A DNA stretch of 32,000 nucleotides from positions 255,375-287,374 of the forward strand of contig CAKRRK010000001.1 of NCBI GenBank assembly GCA_934395135.1. The letters run 5' to 3'. Origin of the DNA: an uncultured Eubacteriales bacterium. GTDB taxonomy: Bacteria; Bacillota; Clostridia; Oscillospirales; Butyricicoccaceae. Both the position numbers and the translations under genes were made by a program. Shown here piece after piece: positions 17,565-27,149 of the stretch; position 1 is the stretch's first letter; the number at the start of each line of letters is the position of its first letter. The notes under the pieces are model-generated. The model saw nothing but the letters and a program-made list of their open reading frames with translations, ran no database searches and had not been told where the DNA came from.

Positions 17565-18758
17565 ATGATGAATCAAATATATACCGATAACGCGGCGACA
17601 ACGCCGATCTCAAGCACCGTGCTGGACGCTATGCTGCCATATCTGACATCCGGATACGGCAATCCTTCCAGCCTTTATTCCACTGGCCGGGATGCCAAAG
17701 CCGCCATAGAAGACGCCCGCCGGAACGTTGCGGACGCCATCGGCTGCGAAAGCAGCGAAATCATCTTTACCGGCGGCGGCTCGGAAGCGGACAACCTGGC
17801 CATCAAAGGCCTGCTGTGGGGCTCTGCCCTGAAAAAAGGCAAAAACCACATTATCACTTCCAAAATCGAGCATCATGCCATTTTGCATACCGTTGCGTTT
17901 ATGGAACGGATGGGATGCCGGGTGACCTACCTGGATGTGGACAACCTTGGCCGGGTTGACCTGGAGCAGCTGCGCTCGTCTATCACCAGCGAAACCGCCT
18001 TGGTTTCCATTATGGCGGCGAACAACGAAATCGGCACCATACAGCCCCTTGCGGAAATTGCCCGCATCTGCCATGACGGCGGCACCCTGTTCCATTGCGA
18101 CGCGGTGCAGGGAATCGGCCATATGGAACTGGACGTAAGGAAACTGGGCATTGATATGCTGTCTATGTCCGCGCATAAAATCCGCGGCCCCAAAGGCGTA
18201 GGCGCCTTGTACTGCCGGAAAGGCATCTATCTGGAGCCGCTGATCCACGGCGGCGGTCAGGAAAGCCGAAAACGCAGCGGCACGGAAAACGTGGCAGGCA
18301 TTGTGGGCTTTGGCGCCGCCATCCAGGAGGCGGTATCCCGCATGCCGGAAGTGCTGCCCAGGATTTCCGCCTTGCGCCGGCGGCTGGAGGCCGGGGTTGC
18401 CAAACTGCCGTATGCCCGTCTGACCGGCGATCCGGAGCATCGCCTGCCCGGCACGGCAAGCTTTGCTTTTGAGTGTATCGAAGGGGAAAGCCTGATCCTG
18501 ATGCTGGATATGAAAGGCATCGCGGCTTCCACCGGATCTGCCTGCTCCACCGGATCCCTGGATCCTTCTCATGTACTGATGGCCATCGGCCTGCCTCACA
18601 AAATTGCCCATGGCTCTCTCCGCATTACCATCGGAGAGCAAAACACGGAAGAAGAAATCGATTATATCCTTGCTTCTCTGGAGGAAATCATCGGAAAGCT
18701 CCGGTATATGTCCCCAGTTTGGGACAATGACCTCCAGCAACCTCTGGAATTTCATTAA
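17565..18758 (+). CDS. nifS: Cysteine desulfurase (NifS/IscS-like)
   Basis: IYTDNAATTPISSTVLDAMLPYL...GNPSSLYSTGR...HHAILHT...MSMSAHKIRGPKGVGALYCRKG...ASTGSACSTGSLDPSHVLMAIGL. Start reassigned to ATG 17565. Confidence 0.95.
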   Translation: MMNQIYTDNAATTPISSTVLDAMLPYLTSGYGNPSSLYSTGRDAKAAIEDARRNVADAIGCESSEIIFTGGGSEADNLAIKGLLWGSALKKGKNHIITSKIEHHAILHTVAFMERMGCRVTYLDVDNLGRVDLEQLRSSITSETALVSIMAANNEIGTIQPLAEIARICHDGGTLFHCDAVQGIGHMELDVRKLGIDMLSMSAHKIRGPKGVGALYCRKGIYLEPLIHGGGQESRKRSGTENVAGIVGFGAAIQEAVSRMPEVLPRISALRRRLEAGVAKLPYARLTGDPEHRLPGTASFAFECIEGESLILMLDMKGIAASTGSACSTGSLDPSHVLMAIGLPHKIAHGSLRITIGEQNTEEEIDYILASLEEIIGKLRYMSPVWDNDLQQPLEFH

Positions 18759-18784
18759 ATCTTAACGCAAAGGAGTGTTTCCCT

Positions 18785-19216
18785 ATGCAATACAGCGAAA
18801 AAGTAATGGACCATTTCTCCAATCCGAGAAATGTGGGAAAAATGGACGATCCCACCGCCGTCGGCCAGGTTGGCAACGCAAAATGTGGCGATATTATGAA
18901 GATCTATCTAAAAATTGAAAACGACGTCATTCTGGACGCCAGATTCGAAACCTTTGGCTGCGGTGCTGCCGTTGCCACAAGTTCGATGGCGACAGAGCTT
19001 GTCAAGGGCAAGACCATTGAAGAAGCGCTGAAGCTGACAAACAAAGCTGTTGCGGAGGCTTTGGACGGCCTCCCGCCGGTAAAAATGCATTGCTCTGTTT
19101 TGGCGGAAGAAGCCCTTCACGCGGCCATCGCGGATTATTATAAAAAACAGGGCAAGGACCCGTCTGACTTTATTCGCTGCAGTATGGATTGTGAAAACTG
19201 CGGCTGCGGGCACTAA
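18785..19216 (+). CDS. iscU: Iron-sulfur cluster scaffold protein, IscU/NifU N-domain type
   Basis: MQYSEKVMDHFSNPRNVG...GNAKCGDIMKIYLKI...FGCGAAVATSSMATELVKGKT...MHCSVLAEEAL; directly downstream of nifS. Confidence 0.94.
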   Translation: MQYSEKVMDHFSNPRNVGKMDDPTAVGQVGNAKCGDIMKIYLKIENDVILDARFETFGCGAAVATSSMATELVKGKTIEEALKLTNKAVAEALDGLPPVKMHCSVLAEEALHAAIADYYKKQGKDPSDFIRCSMDCENCGCGH

Positions 19217-19239
19217 ATCCCTGGCAAATCTTTGTGAAT

Positions 19240-19271
19240 AAGGGTAGGTATTTTGAAAACCTACCCTTTTT
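19240..19271 (+). terminator. Intrinsic terminator after the iscU gene
   Basis: AAGGGTAGGT-attttgaaa-ACCTACCCTT followed by TTT. Confidence 0.8.
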
Positions 19272-19326
19272 GGCGTATATTCTTGTCTCTGTCCATAATA
19301 TAGTAAAGCAGAAAAGGAGGCAAACT

Positions 19327-22300
19327 ATGGAGCAGATTACGACACTTATGGAGGAACTTCCAGTATTTCAGGATTTTTTCAAAGCATTCCGCAGGGGAGA
19401 TTCGCCTCTGTCCTTTACCGGCACGGAGTATATCCACCGGGCATTTATCATCGCCTCCGTGATACAAAGCATCCGCCGCCCTGTGGTGGTGATTTCTCCT
19501 GACGACGCAGCGGCGGCTCGTATGCAGGCGGAACTGCAAAATTTGCTGTCCGGCGAAGTCCTTCTGCTTCCCTTCCGGGATTTTGTATTTCACCCTATGG
19601 AAGGCGCGTCCCGGGAATACGAACACAAGCGCATCCGCACCCTGTCCCGGTGGAACGAAGGACTTCCGCTGGTGGTCTCCGGGCAGGCGCTCACCCAGTT
19701 TTCCATCCCTCCTGCCGTATTGGCGCAGGCTTCTTTTTCCATTGAGCGCGGAAAGCGGTACTCCCTTGCCGCACTGACGGAACGACTTCTTTCCATCGGC
19801 TATACCCGCTGTATGCAGGTGGAGGGCTATGGCCAATTTTCCCTGCGGGGCGGCATTTTGGATCTTTATCCGCCTCAGGCAAGCGCGCCGGCCCGGATTG
19901 AATTTTGGGACGAGGACGTCGATACCATCTCCCTCTTCGACATTGGCAGCCAGCGCCGCGGCGCGGCGCTGGACCGCGTGATATGCCTTCCGGTTTCCGA
20001 GGCCCTGCCCGCCCTGGGCGGCGACACGCTGGCGATGCGCATCCGGCAAGCGGCTGACGCCCTTCCCCAAACTGCACGGGATGACCGCGCCGTTTTGCTG
20101 CGGGACGCGGAGCGCCTGGAAGGCGGGATGTTGTTTCCATCCCTTGACAAATATCTGCCTTATCTCTACGGCGGTCTGTTTACCGCGGCGGATTATATCC
20201 CCCAGGACGCCGTAGTCTTTTTGGACCGCGCGTCTGCCGTGCGGGAAAACACACTGGGCTTTGAACGCCGTCTGCGGGAAGATCTCGTCGCCCTTACAGA
20301 ACGGCATTTTCCAGTGCCGGAGATCCCATACTGCCTGTGCTTTGCAGCTCTGTGCAAAAAGCTGGAGCAAAACCGCATCATCCTTTTGGATGATTTTCTC
20401 GCCCGATTGCCGGAACTGCCCTCCAAAGGGCTGTTCCATCTTTCGGCAAAGGAACTGCCTCCTTTCGGCGGCAGTCTCCTTTCTATCACCGAGGAGGTTC
20501 AGGCCTATCTTTCTCAGAATTACCGGGTGATCCTTCTGTGTTCCGGCGACGCAAAGTGCAGCATGGCGCTGGATATGCTGGCAGAATCCATCCCGCAATG
20601 CAGCCTGTCTAAAAACATGCCGCAGCCGGGGCATATGGCTATTATGACCGGCAGCCTGGGAGCCGGATTTGAGCTGCCTGAAATCCGGCTGGCTGTTTTT
20701 TCCGAAGGAAAACCGGTATCCCGGCGCAAATCCCGCTCCGTCAAACAGTCCAACCGGGAAAAAATCAAGCACTACACCGACCTTGTCCCTGGCGACATCG
20801 TGGTGCATGAGCATCACGGCATCGGCCGGTTCTCCGGCATTGAGCGCATTGCCGTGGACGGCACGGAAAAAGATTATGTGAAAATTGCCTTTTCCGGGAC
20901 AGACTGCCTGTATGTCCCCACCACCAACCTGGACCTCATTTCCAAATACATTGGCGCCGGCGAGGAGGGTTCCGTCCGTCTGAACAAGCTGGGCGGCGCG
21001 GACTGGCAGAAAACCAAAGCCCGGGCAAAGGCTTCCGCCAAAGAGCTTGCCGCAAAGCTCATCGCCCTGTATGCCCAGCGGGAAAAAACACCAGGCTTTG
21101 CTTTTCCGGAGGACGACAGCTGGCAGGAGGAGTTTGAAGACGCTTTCGCTTATGATGAAACGGAGGATCAGATCCGCTGTTCGGAAGAGATCAAACAGGA
21201 TATGATGCGCCCACGCCCTATGGACCGGCTGCTTTGCGGCGACGTAGGCTTTGGCAAAACAGAGGTGGCTCTGCGGGCTGTGATGAAGTGCGTACTGGGA
21301 AACAAGCAGGCGGCCATTCTGGTGCCTACCACCGTTTTGGCGCGGCAGCACTATCTGACAGCCTCCGCCCGGTTTTCCGGCTATCCAATCAAAATTGAAC
21401 TGCTTAGCCGGTACCGCACCGCCAAAGAGCAGGAAGCCATTTATCAAAAGCTCCGGGAGGGCGGCATTGATCTCATTATCGGCACCCACAAACTGCTTTC
21501 CAAAAAGCTGCGGTTCCGGGATCTTGGCCTTCTCATCATTGACGAAGAACAGCGCTTCGGCGTTTCCCACAAGGAAACCCTCAAAGAACTTTCCCGCAGC
21601 GTAGACGTGCTTACTCTGTCTGCAACCCCCATTCCCCGCACTTTAAATATGGCGCTGTCCGGCATTCGGGATATGTCAATGATCGAAGAACCGCCGGCGG
21701 ACCGTCATCCCGTTCAGACCTATGTGCTGGAATATGACCTTGGCATCCTGACAGACGCACTGCGCCGGGAACTGTCCCGGGGCGGACAGGCATACTATCT
21801 CCACAACCGGGTGGAGGATATGGAAACCATTGTCCGCCGCCTGCGGGATAAGCTGCCAAGCGCTGTGATTGAAGCAGCCCATGGAAAAATGAACCAAAAA
21901 ACCCTTGCAGACATTATGACCAGAATGTCTGCCGGAGAAATCGATGTCCTTGTTTGCACCACCATCATTGAAACCGGGGTGGATATTCCCAACGTCAATA
22001 CGCTGATCATCGAAGATGCAGACAAAATGGGGCTTGCCCAGCTGCACCAGATTCGGGGACGGGTAGGTCGTTCCAGCCGCCATGCCTTTGCCTATCTGAC
22101 GTTCCGCCGCGGCAAAGTGCTGACGGAGGTGGCAAAAAAGCGGCTTTCCGCCGTGCGGGAATTCGCGGAATTTGGATCCGGCTTCAAAATTGCGATGCGC
22201 GATCTGGAAATCCGCGGCGCCGGAAACGTCCTCGGCCCGGAACAGTCCGGACACCTGATGAGCATCGGCTATGACCTGTATCTCAAACTGTTGGAAGACG

Positions 22301-22785
22301 CGGTGCTGGAGGAGCAGGGCCGCACGCCCAAAACCCGGACAGAATGCTCCGCAGAACTTACCGTCAGTGCCAATATTCCCAGCTCGTATGTACCGGACGA
22401 CGGACAGCGCATTGACCTGTACCGCCGCATTGCCCTGATTCAGACCGAAGCTGACAAGTCCGATATGCTGGACGAACTCATCGATCGGTTCGGGGAGCCG
22501 CCCCAAAGCGTCGCCGCCCTGTGCGACATCGCCCTGCTGCGCGCCATCGCCGGCGGCTGCGGGATTATTGAAATCCGGCAGCAGGACCATCGGCTTTTCC
22601 TCAAGTGGCAGATGCCGGACTTTGCCAAGCTGTCCGCCTTGTGCGGCGATCCGGCCTACAAAGGGCGTTTGCTGTTAAACGCCGGCTCGGATCCCTATCT
22701 CTCCCTGCGGCTTTTGCCGGAGGAAGCGGTCCTTCCCGCCCTTTTCCGGCTGCTGCGCGCCTACTCCGCCCTTTCCTCCCGCTGA
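19327..22785 (+). CDS. mfd: Transcription-repair coupling factor
   Basis: Over 1150 aa: N-terminal UvrB-like GYGQFSLRGGILDLYPP, RNAP-interaction region GDIVVHEHHGIGRFSGIE, helicase motifs GDVGFGKTEVALRA, IIDEEQRFG, LSATPIPRTL, LHQIRGRVGRSSRHAFAYL. ATG 19327 preceded by AAGGAGG. Confidence 0.97.
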   Translation: MEQITTLMEELPVFQDFFKAFRRGDSPLSFTGTEYIHRAFIIASVIQSIRRPVVVISPDDAAAARMQAELQNLLSGEVLLLPFRDFVFHPMEGASREYEHKRIRTLSRWNEGLPLVVSGQALTQFSIPPAVLAQASFSIERGKRYSLAALTERLLSIGYTRCMQVEGYGQFSLRGGILDLYPPQASAPARIEFWDEDVDTISLFDIGSQRRGAALDRVICLPVSEALPALGGDTLAMRIRQAADALPQTARDDRAVLLRDAERLEGGMLFPSLDKYLPYLYGGLFTAADYIPQDAVVFLDRASAVRENTLGFERRLREDLVALTERHFPVPEIPYCLCFAALCKKLEQNRIILLDDFLARLPELPSKGLFHLSAKELPPFGGSLLSITEEVQAYLSQNYRVILLCSGDAKCSMALDMLAESIPQCSLSKNMPQPGHMAIMTGSLGAGFELPEIRLAVFSEGKPVSRRKSRSVKQSNREKIKHYTDLVPGDIVVHEHHGIGRFSGIERIAVDGTEKDYVKIAFSGTDCLYVPTTNLDLISKYIGAGEEGSVRLNKLGGADWQKTKARAKASAKELAAKLIALYAQREKTPGFAFPEDDSWQEEFEDAFAYDETEDQIRCSEEIKQDMMRPRPMDRLLCGDVGFGKTEVALRAVMKCVLGNKQAAILVPTTVLARQHYLTASARFSGYPIKIELLSRYRTAKEQEAIYQKLREGGIDLIIGTHKLLSKKLRFRDLGLLIIDEEQRFGVSHKETLKELSRSVDVLTLSATPIPRTLNMALSGIRDMSMIEEPPADRHPVQTYVLEYDLGILTDALRRELSRGGQAYYLHNRVEDMETIVRRLRDKLPSAVIEAAHGKMNQKTLADIMTRMSAGEIDVLVCTTIIETGVDIPNVNTLIIEDADKMGLAQLHQIRGRVGRSSRHAFAYLTFRRGKVLTEVAKKRLSAVREFAEFGSGFKIAMRDLEIRGAGNVLGPEQSGHLMSIGYDLYLKLLEDAVLEEQGRTPKTRTECSAELTVSANIPSSYVPDDGQRIDLYRRIALIQTEADKSDMLDELIDRFGEPPQSVAALCDIALLRAIAGGCGIIEIRQQDHRLFLKWQMPDFAKLSALCGDPAYKGRLLLNAGSDPYLSLRLLPEEAVLPALFRLLRAYSALSSR

Positions 22786-22909
22786 AGCAGGCCGCCTTGC
22801 TCCGCCCTGCGTTCCAGACATGGAAAACAACCCCTATGCATTCACATCCGATTCCCCTCTTTTTGGAGCATTTGGAAATAATGTTCACAAAATCTACACA
22901 TTTTCCGCA

Positions 22910-22938
22910 TTGTATCTTGCTTTGTAAGATGCTATAAT
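22910..22938 (+). promoter_or_regulatory. Predicted sigmaA promoter for the SurA/PrsA-like lipoprotein pair
   Basis: TTGTAT (22910-22915), 17-bp spacer, TATAAT (22933-22938). Confidence 0.7.
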
Positions 22939-22972
22939 GATAACTGCATTTGTTATTTTAGGAGTTAGTACA

Positions 22973-24082
22973 ATGAAAAAATTTGTTTCCATTTTATTGC
23001 TTTCCTCGGTATGCCTGCTGACTCTGTGCGGCTGCAAGAGTTACGAATCTCCGGAAGACACTCCGATTGTCCTGAAAATCAACGGAGAGGAATTCCATGC
23101 CGCCCAGGTGGCGGAATATATGAGCGCCTACAAAGCGGAATGCGAATCCAACTATGTCTCGATGCTGTCTATGTTCGGCGATACGGACACTTCCCAATTG
23201 GATGCTTTCTGGGATACGGACGAAATGCAGGAGGATTTGCGGGAAACCGGCCTGTCCCGCCTGCTGACGGACATGGCGATTGAAGAGTTTATGGAAGAAC
23301 ATGGGCTTTCTTTTACCGAAGAAGATCAACAGGCAGTGGATGAGAAAAAAGATTCTCTGATTTTGCGGGCTGGCAGCAGTGAAAAATTTGCCGAATACAT
23401 TGCCAGCCAAGGTTATACTGAAAAAAGCTATGACCACAGGCTGCGCATGAACCAGTGCCGGCAGATTATCACAGAGTATTGTTTTGGTCCCGGCGGCGCG
23501 ATGCGCCCCTCGGATGAGGAACTTGCCGACTACTACAACCAGTATTACTACAAAATTCAAATCATCAGCCTGGCAAAGACTTCTACCAACATAGAAGGCG
23601 TTACAAAACAGGATATTGCCAACGACGTGCTGGAGCAAGCGCTTTCCGGTGCGGATTTTGACACCTTGATCGCGCAATACAATGAGGCGACGCAGGACCA
23701 CCTGGTGTTCAGCTATTCATGCAATCTGGAGTCTGTCCTAGTGGACGCCGCCATTATGCTGGAAGAAAATGAAGTATGCGATACCTTGGTGGACGGCGCT
23801 TACAGTTATTACATCATCAAGCGGGTACCCCTGGACGAAGATGCGCTGTTTGCTCCGGACGGGCTGTATGACGGCACCTCCATTGCAGAGGACGTCGCCC
23901 CGAAAATCGGTTCGCTGGACGATGTGCTTTCTGAAATTACCGATGCGTATGACGTGGAGCGGCTGGACGCCTTTTCCAAAATGACTTCCAAAAATCTGGA
24001 ACAGTACCGCGTTGCCACAGAGACTGCTCCCAGAGAAAGCACCTCTGATCCGGACGGCAGCGCAGCGGATACCGCTTCCTGA
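22973..24082 (+). CDS. SurA/PrsA-like lipoprotein with divergent or absent parvulin motif
   Basis: Lipobox LLTLCGC, SurA-N-like region, paralogous in layout to the next gene; lacks AKHILI-type motif. Start reassigned to ATG 22973. Confidence 0.7.
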   Translation: MKKFVSILLLSSVCLLTLCGCKSYESPEDTPIVLKINGEEFHAAQVAEYMSAYKAECESNYVSMLSMFGDTDTSQLDAFWDTDEMQEDLRETGLSRLLTDMAIEEFMEEHGLSFTEEDQQAVDEKKDSLILRAGSSEKFAEYIASQGYTEKSYDHRLRMNQCRQIITEYCFGPGGAMRPSDEELADYYNQYYYKIQIISLAKTSTNIEGVTKQDIANDVLEQALSGADFDTLIAQYNEATQDHLVFSYSCNLESVLVDAAIMLEENEVCDTLVDGAYSYYIIKRVPLDEDALFAPDGLYDGTSIAEDVAPKIGSLDDVLSEITDAYDVERLDAFSKMTSKNLEQYRVATETAPRESTSDPDGSAADTAS

Positions 24083-24124
24083 TCCGGCCTTCCATTCCTT
24101 GCTGATATCACAAAGGAGACTTGT

Positions 24125-25201
24125 ATGAAAAAATTAATTGCTCTGTGCCTTGCAGCTGCTGTCTGCTTTTCGTTTGCCGGCTGCGGCACACCGGACGCTG
24201 CGGAGACAACCTCCGATGTCGCAAGCGATGCGGTGGTGATGACCGTCGGTGATACGGAAATTACCGCGGACCTTCTGGCCTCGTATATTACAAACAACAA
24301 AGTCAGCTATGAGATGTATTATCTGGAAAACTTTGGCCAGGGCGATACCTCCTCCCTTTGGGAAGATCCGGACACCTGCAGCATGATTTTGGAAAATGCC
24401 AAATCCCAGATTATTTTTGATACGGCCACGGTACAGCTGGCGGCGGAACTTGGGCTGGTTCTTTCGGACGAAAACCGCGCCAATATGGAAACCACCAAAG
24501 AAACCTATATTGCACAGCTTGGTTCTGAGGAGGCCTTTTTGGAATATATCCATACCATGGGATTCCGCGAAACGGAGTTTGACAAAATCCTGGAGGCCGC
24601 CGAATACCAGCGGCTGATCGAAGACTATTATTACGGAGAAAACGGACAGACTCCGGTTTCGGAGGAAGATATCCAGGCGTATTACAACGACCATTACTAT
24701 CGTGCCAAGCACATTTTGATCAAAACCGTGGACGACGCCTTCTCTCCCCTCGGCGATGACGAAATCGCGGAAAAGGAAGCCCTTGTCAACGATCTTGTTT
24801 CCCGCGCAAACAGCGGCGAAAATTTTGACGCGCTGATTGCGAAATACGGCGAGGATCCAGGGATGGAAACCAGCCCGAATGGTTACACCTTCTCCGCAGA
24901 AGATAACTTTGTCTCGGAATTCATCGACGGCACGGTGGCCTTGGGCGTCAACGAAATTTCCGGCGCAGTGGAAAGCGCCTATGGATTTCATATCATCCAG
25001 CGTCTTCCGCTGTTGGAAGACACCCTGTATGCGGAAGACGGCTCGGTAAGCGGCACATCCATTTATGATGCTATCCGTTCTTCCCTGGCGGATGTCAGCG
25101 CCCGGATCAACGACTACATCAATGATAAGATCACCGTAACGGTGCACGAAGAAATCTATGACAAGATAACGGTGCAAAACGCCGGCAGTTTGCTGGAATA
25201 A
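24125..25201 (+). CDS. Parvulin-type peptidyl-prolyl isomerase lipoprotein (PrsA-like)
   Basis: Signal and lipobox FSFAGCG; parvulin RAKHILIKTVDDA...GENFDALIAKYGEDPGMETSPNGYTF...VNEISGAVESAYGFHIIQRL. Confidence 0.87.
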   Translation: MKKLIALCLAAAVCFSFAGCGTPDAAETTSDVASDAVVMTVGDTEITADLLASYITNNKVSYEMYYLENFGQGDTSSLWEDPDTCSMILENAKSQIIFDTATVQLAAELGLVLSDENRANMETTKETYIAQLGSEEAFLEYIHTMGFRETEFDKILEAAEYQRLIEDYYYGENGQTPVSEEDIQAYYNDHYYRAKHILIKTVDDAFSPLGDDEIAEKEALVNDLVSRANSGENFDALIAKYGEDPGMETSPNGYTFSAEDNFVSEFIDGTVALGVNEISGAVESAYGFHIIQRLPLLEDTLYAEDGSVSGTSIYDAIRSSLADVSARINDYINDKITVTVHEEIYDKITVQNAGSLLE

Positions 25202-25226
25202 TTCCCTGCCCCCCTGCCGCATTTCT

Positions 25227-25259
25227 CGATAATCGCAAATGGCTTGCGGTTATCGTTTT
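25227..25259 (+). terminator. Intrinsic terminator after the PPIase gene
   Basis: CGATAATCGCAA-atggc-TTGCGGTTATCG (one wobble) followed by TTTT. Confidence 0.7.
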
Positions 25260-25454
25260 GCTTTCGCTTCTTTTTTGAATGGAAACCGAAAATTTTGCAA
25301 ATACTTCGAATAATGAACTTTTTCTTTCTAATACAATTTTTGTATAGATTCCACAGAAAGTTTGTACTTTTTTCCCTGTATTTCCAAAAGCATGTGGATA
25401 GCTTTTGATTTTTTCGAATTTCTCTTGTTTTTTTATCATAAATCTCTTGTAATT

Positions 25455-25482
25455 TTGTTAATAAAATGTTAATATCTATAAT
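25455..25482 (+). promoter_or_regulatory. Predicted promoter for the radical SAM gene
   Basis: TTGTTA (25455-25460), 16-bp spacer, TATAAT (25477-25482). Confidence 0.5.
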
Positions 25483-25564
25483 GATTTATAGTACGCATGC
25501 GAATGCATTGCGTATGAGACCATTCTTTTACAGATGTCAGTAATCTATTTTCAGGAGGAAAACT

Positions 25565-26995
25565 ATGGATTTAAAGCATAAGGCCACGAGACTCGCCTTT
25601 TCTACGGCAATCGACGGCGTAATGAAATATATCAATAAAGACAGAGAGAAGAACCTCCTCAAACTTGTTGATATGGCTGAAAAATTGATGGGAGATACAT
25701 ATCCTAAGTATCTTTGGAAAAACGCAAGGGAACTGTTTTCAGATCCGGACGCAAAATGGATGCAGTTTATGTTCAAGTCTTTTGACGACTTGGATCCCAA
25801 GGTTGTGAAGATGCATATTCTGAACCTAGCGTTTGAAGCAGGCTTGTCCGGCATGAAGCGCGTTGTGGCAAACCGCGAAAAATACGGCTGCAACGTACCT
25901 TGGCTCATTTTAATGGATCCTACCAGCGCCTGCAACTTAAAATGTACGGGCTGCTGGGCGGCAGAATACGGCCACAAGCTGAACCTCACTTATGACGAAC
26001 TGGACAATATCATCACCCAGGGCAAAGAACTGGGCATTCACTTCTATATTATGACCGGCGGCGAGCCGCTGGTGAGAAAAGCGGACATTGTAAAGCTTGC
26101 GGAAAAGCACAACGACTGTGCGTTCCATATCTTCACAAACGGTACGCTGATTGACGACGAGTTGTGCCGGAAAACCAAGGAACTGGGCAACATTTCTTAT
26201 GCTCTCAGCCTGGAAGGCTATGAAGAAGTGAACGACAGCCGCCGCGGCGAAGGTGTATTCCACAAGGTTATGGAAGCTATGGACCGTATGAAAAAATACG
26301 GCCTCCTCTACGGCATTTCCGTATGCTATACCAGCCGCAACTACAAGGTTGTAACCTCGGATGAATTTATGGATATGGTCATTGACAAGGGTTGCCGTCT
26401 GGCATGGTATTTCCACTATATGCCGGTGGGCAATGACGCTGCGGTGGAATTGATGCTTTCTCCGGAACAAAGAGAATACATCGTACACCGGATTCGTGAA
26501 ATCCGCAGCATGGACGGCGGCAAACCGATTTTTGCAATGGATTTCCAGAACGACGCAGAATTTGTCGGCGGCTGCATTGCCGGCGGTAAAAACTACCTTC
26601 ACATCAACGCAAACGGCGATGTGGAACCCTGTGTTTTCATTCATTATTCCGGCGCCAACATCCGGGAAAAGACACTGTTGGAATGCCTCCAGCAGCCGCT
26701 GTTTATGGCATACAAGAACAATATGCCGTTTAACGACAATATGTTCCGCCCCTGCCCTATGCTGGAAAACCCGGAATTCATTCAGCGTATGGTAAAAGAA
26801 ACCGGCGCAAAATCTACCGATATGATCTCTCCGGAAAATGTAGACGACCTTATCGGAAAGACCACGCCGTATGCAGACAACTGGAAAGAAAAGGCTGACA
26901 AGCTTTGGACAGAACGGTCTGCAGAACGGGACGCTGCAAAAAAAGCCCATGAAGAATACGAGGCCCAGTGCGCTGAGAAAAAGAAAAGAAAATAA
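25565..26995 (+). CDS. Radical SAM protein with SPASM-like C-terminal cysteines, substrate unknown
   Basis: DPTSACNLKCTGCWAAEYG (CxxxCxxC), IMTGGEPLVRK, SLEGYEEVNDSRRG, GGCIAGGKNYLHINANGDVEPCVFIHYSGANI, FRPCPMLENPE. SD AGGAGG. Confidence 0.9.
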   Translation: MDLKHKATRLAFSTAIDGVMKYINKDREKNLLKLVDMAEKLMGDTYPKYLWKNARELFSDPDAKWMQFMFKSFDDLDPKVVKMHILNLAFEAGLSGMKRVVANREKYGCNVPWLILMDPTSACNLKCTGCWAAEYGHKLNLTYDELDNIITQGKELGIHFYIMTGGEPLVRKADIVKLAEKHNDCAFHIFTNGTLIDDELCRKTKELGNISYALSLEGYEEVNDSRRGEGVFHKVMEAMDRMKKYGLLYGISVCYTSRNYKVVTSDEFMDMVIDKGCRLAWYFHYMPVGNDAAVELMLSPEQREYIVHRIREIRSMDGGKPIFAMDFQNDAEFVGGCIAGGKNYLHINANGDVEPCVFIHYSGANIREKTLLECLQQPLFMAYKNNMPFNDNMFRPCPMLENPEFIQRMVKETGAKSTDMISPENVDDLIGKTTPYADNWKEKADKLWTERSAERDAAKKAHEEYEAQCAEKKKRK

Positions 26996-27000
26996 ACAAA

Positions 27001-27036
27001 ACACCGGAAGAAATCTTCATCTTCCGGTGTTTTTTA
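27001..27036 (+). terminator. Intrinsic terminator of the radical SAM gene
   Basis: ACACCGGAAGA-aatcttca-TCTTCCGGTGT followed by a T run. Confidence 0.88.
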
Positions 27037-27077
27037 TTGCAGCGCGTCACGGAAAAGCGGCACAGGTATCTTCTGCA

Positions 27078-27112
27078 AAAAAGCCGGAGGGGGTTATCCT
27101 CTCCGGCTTTTT
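27078..27112 (-). terminator. Intrinsic terminator for the minus-strand lipoprotein/SDR/stalk-domain genes
   Basis: AAAAAGCCGGAG...CTCCGGCTTTTT, T runs in both directions. Confidence 0.8.
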
Positions 27113-27149
27113 CACTATATTATTGCTTCCGATTCATTGGACTTTCGTG

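Noticed and set aside
19261-21570. 769-aa minus-strand ORF antisense to mfd
   Set aside because: Lies wholly opposite a clear mfd reading frame; low-complexity, Gly/Gln/Arg-rich translation with no recognisable motif. A shadow ORF from GC-rich codon usage.
22918-22931. Short near-palindrome within the promoter spacer of the PPIase-like lipoprotein gene
   Set aside because: Arms of about 5 bp only; not distinguishable from chance.
24134-25222. 362-aa minus-strand ORF opposite the PPIase lipoprotein
   Set aside because: Antisense to a gene with signal peptide, lipobox and parvulin motifs.
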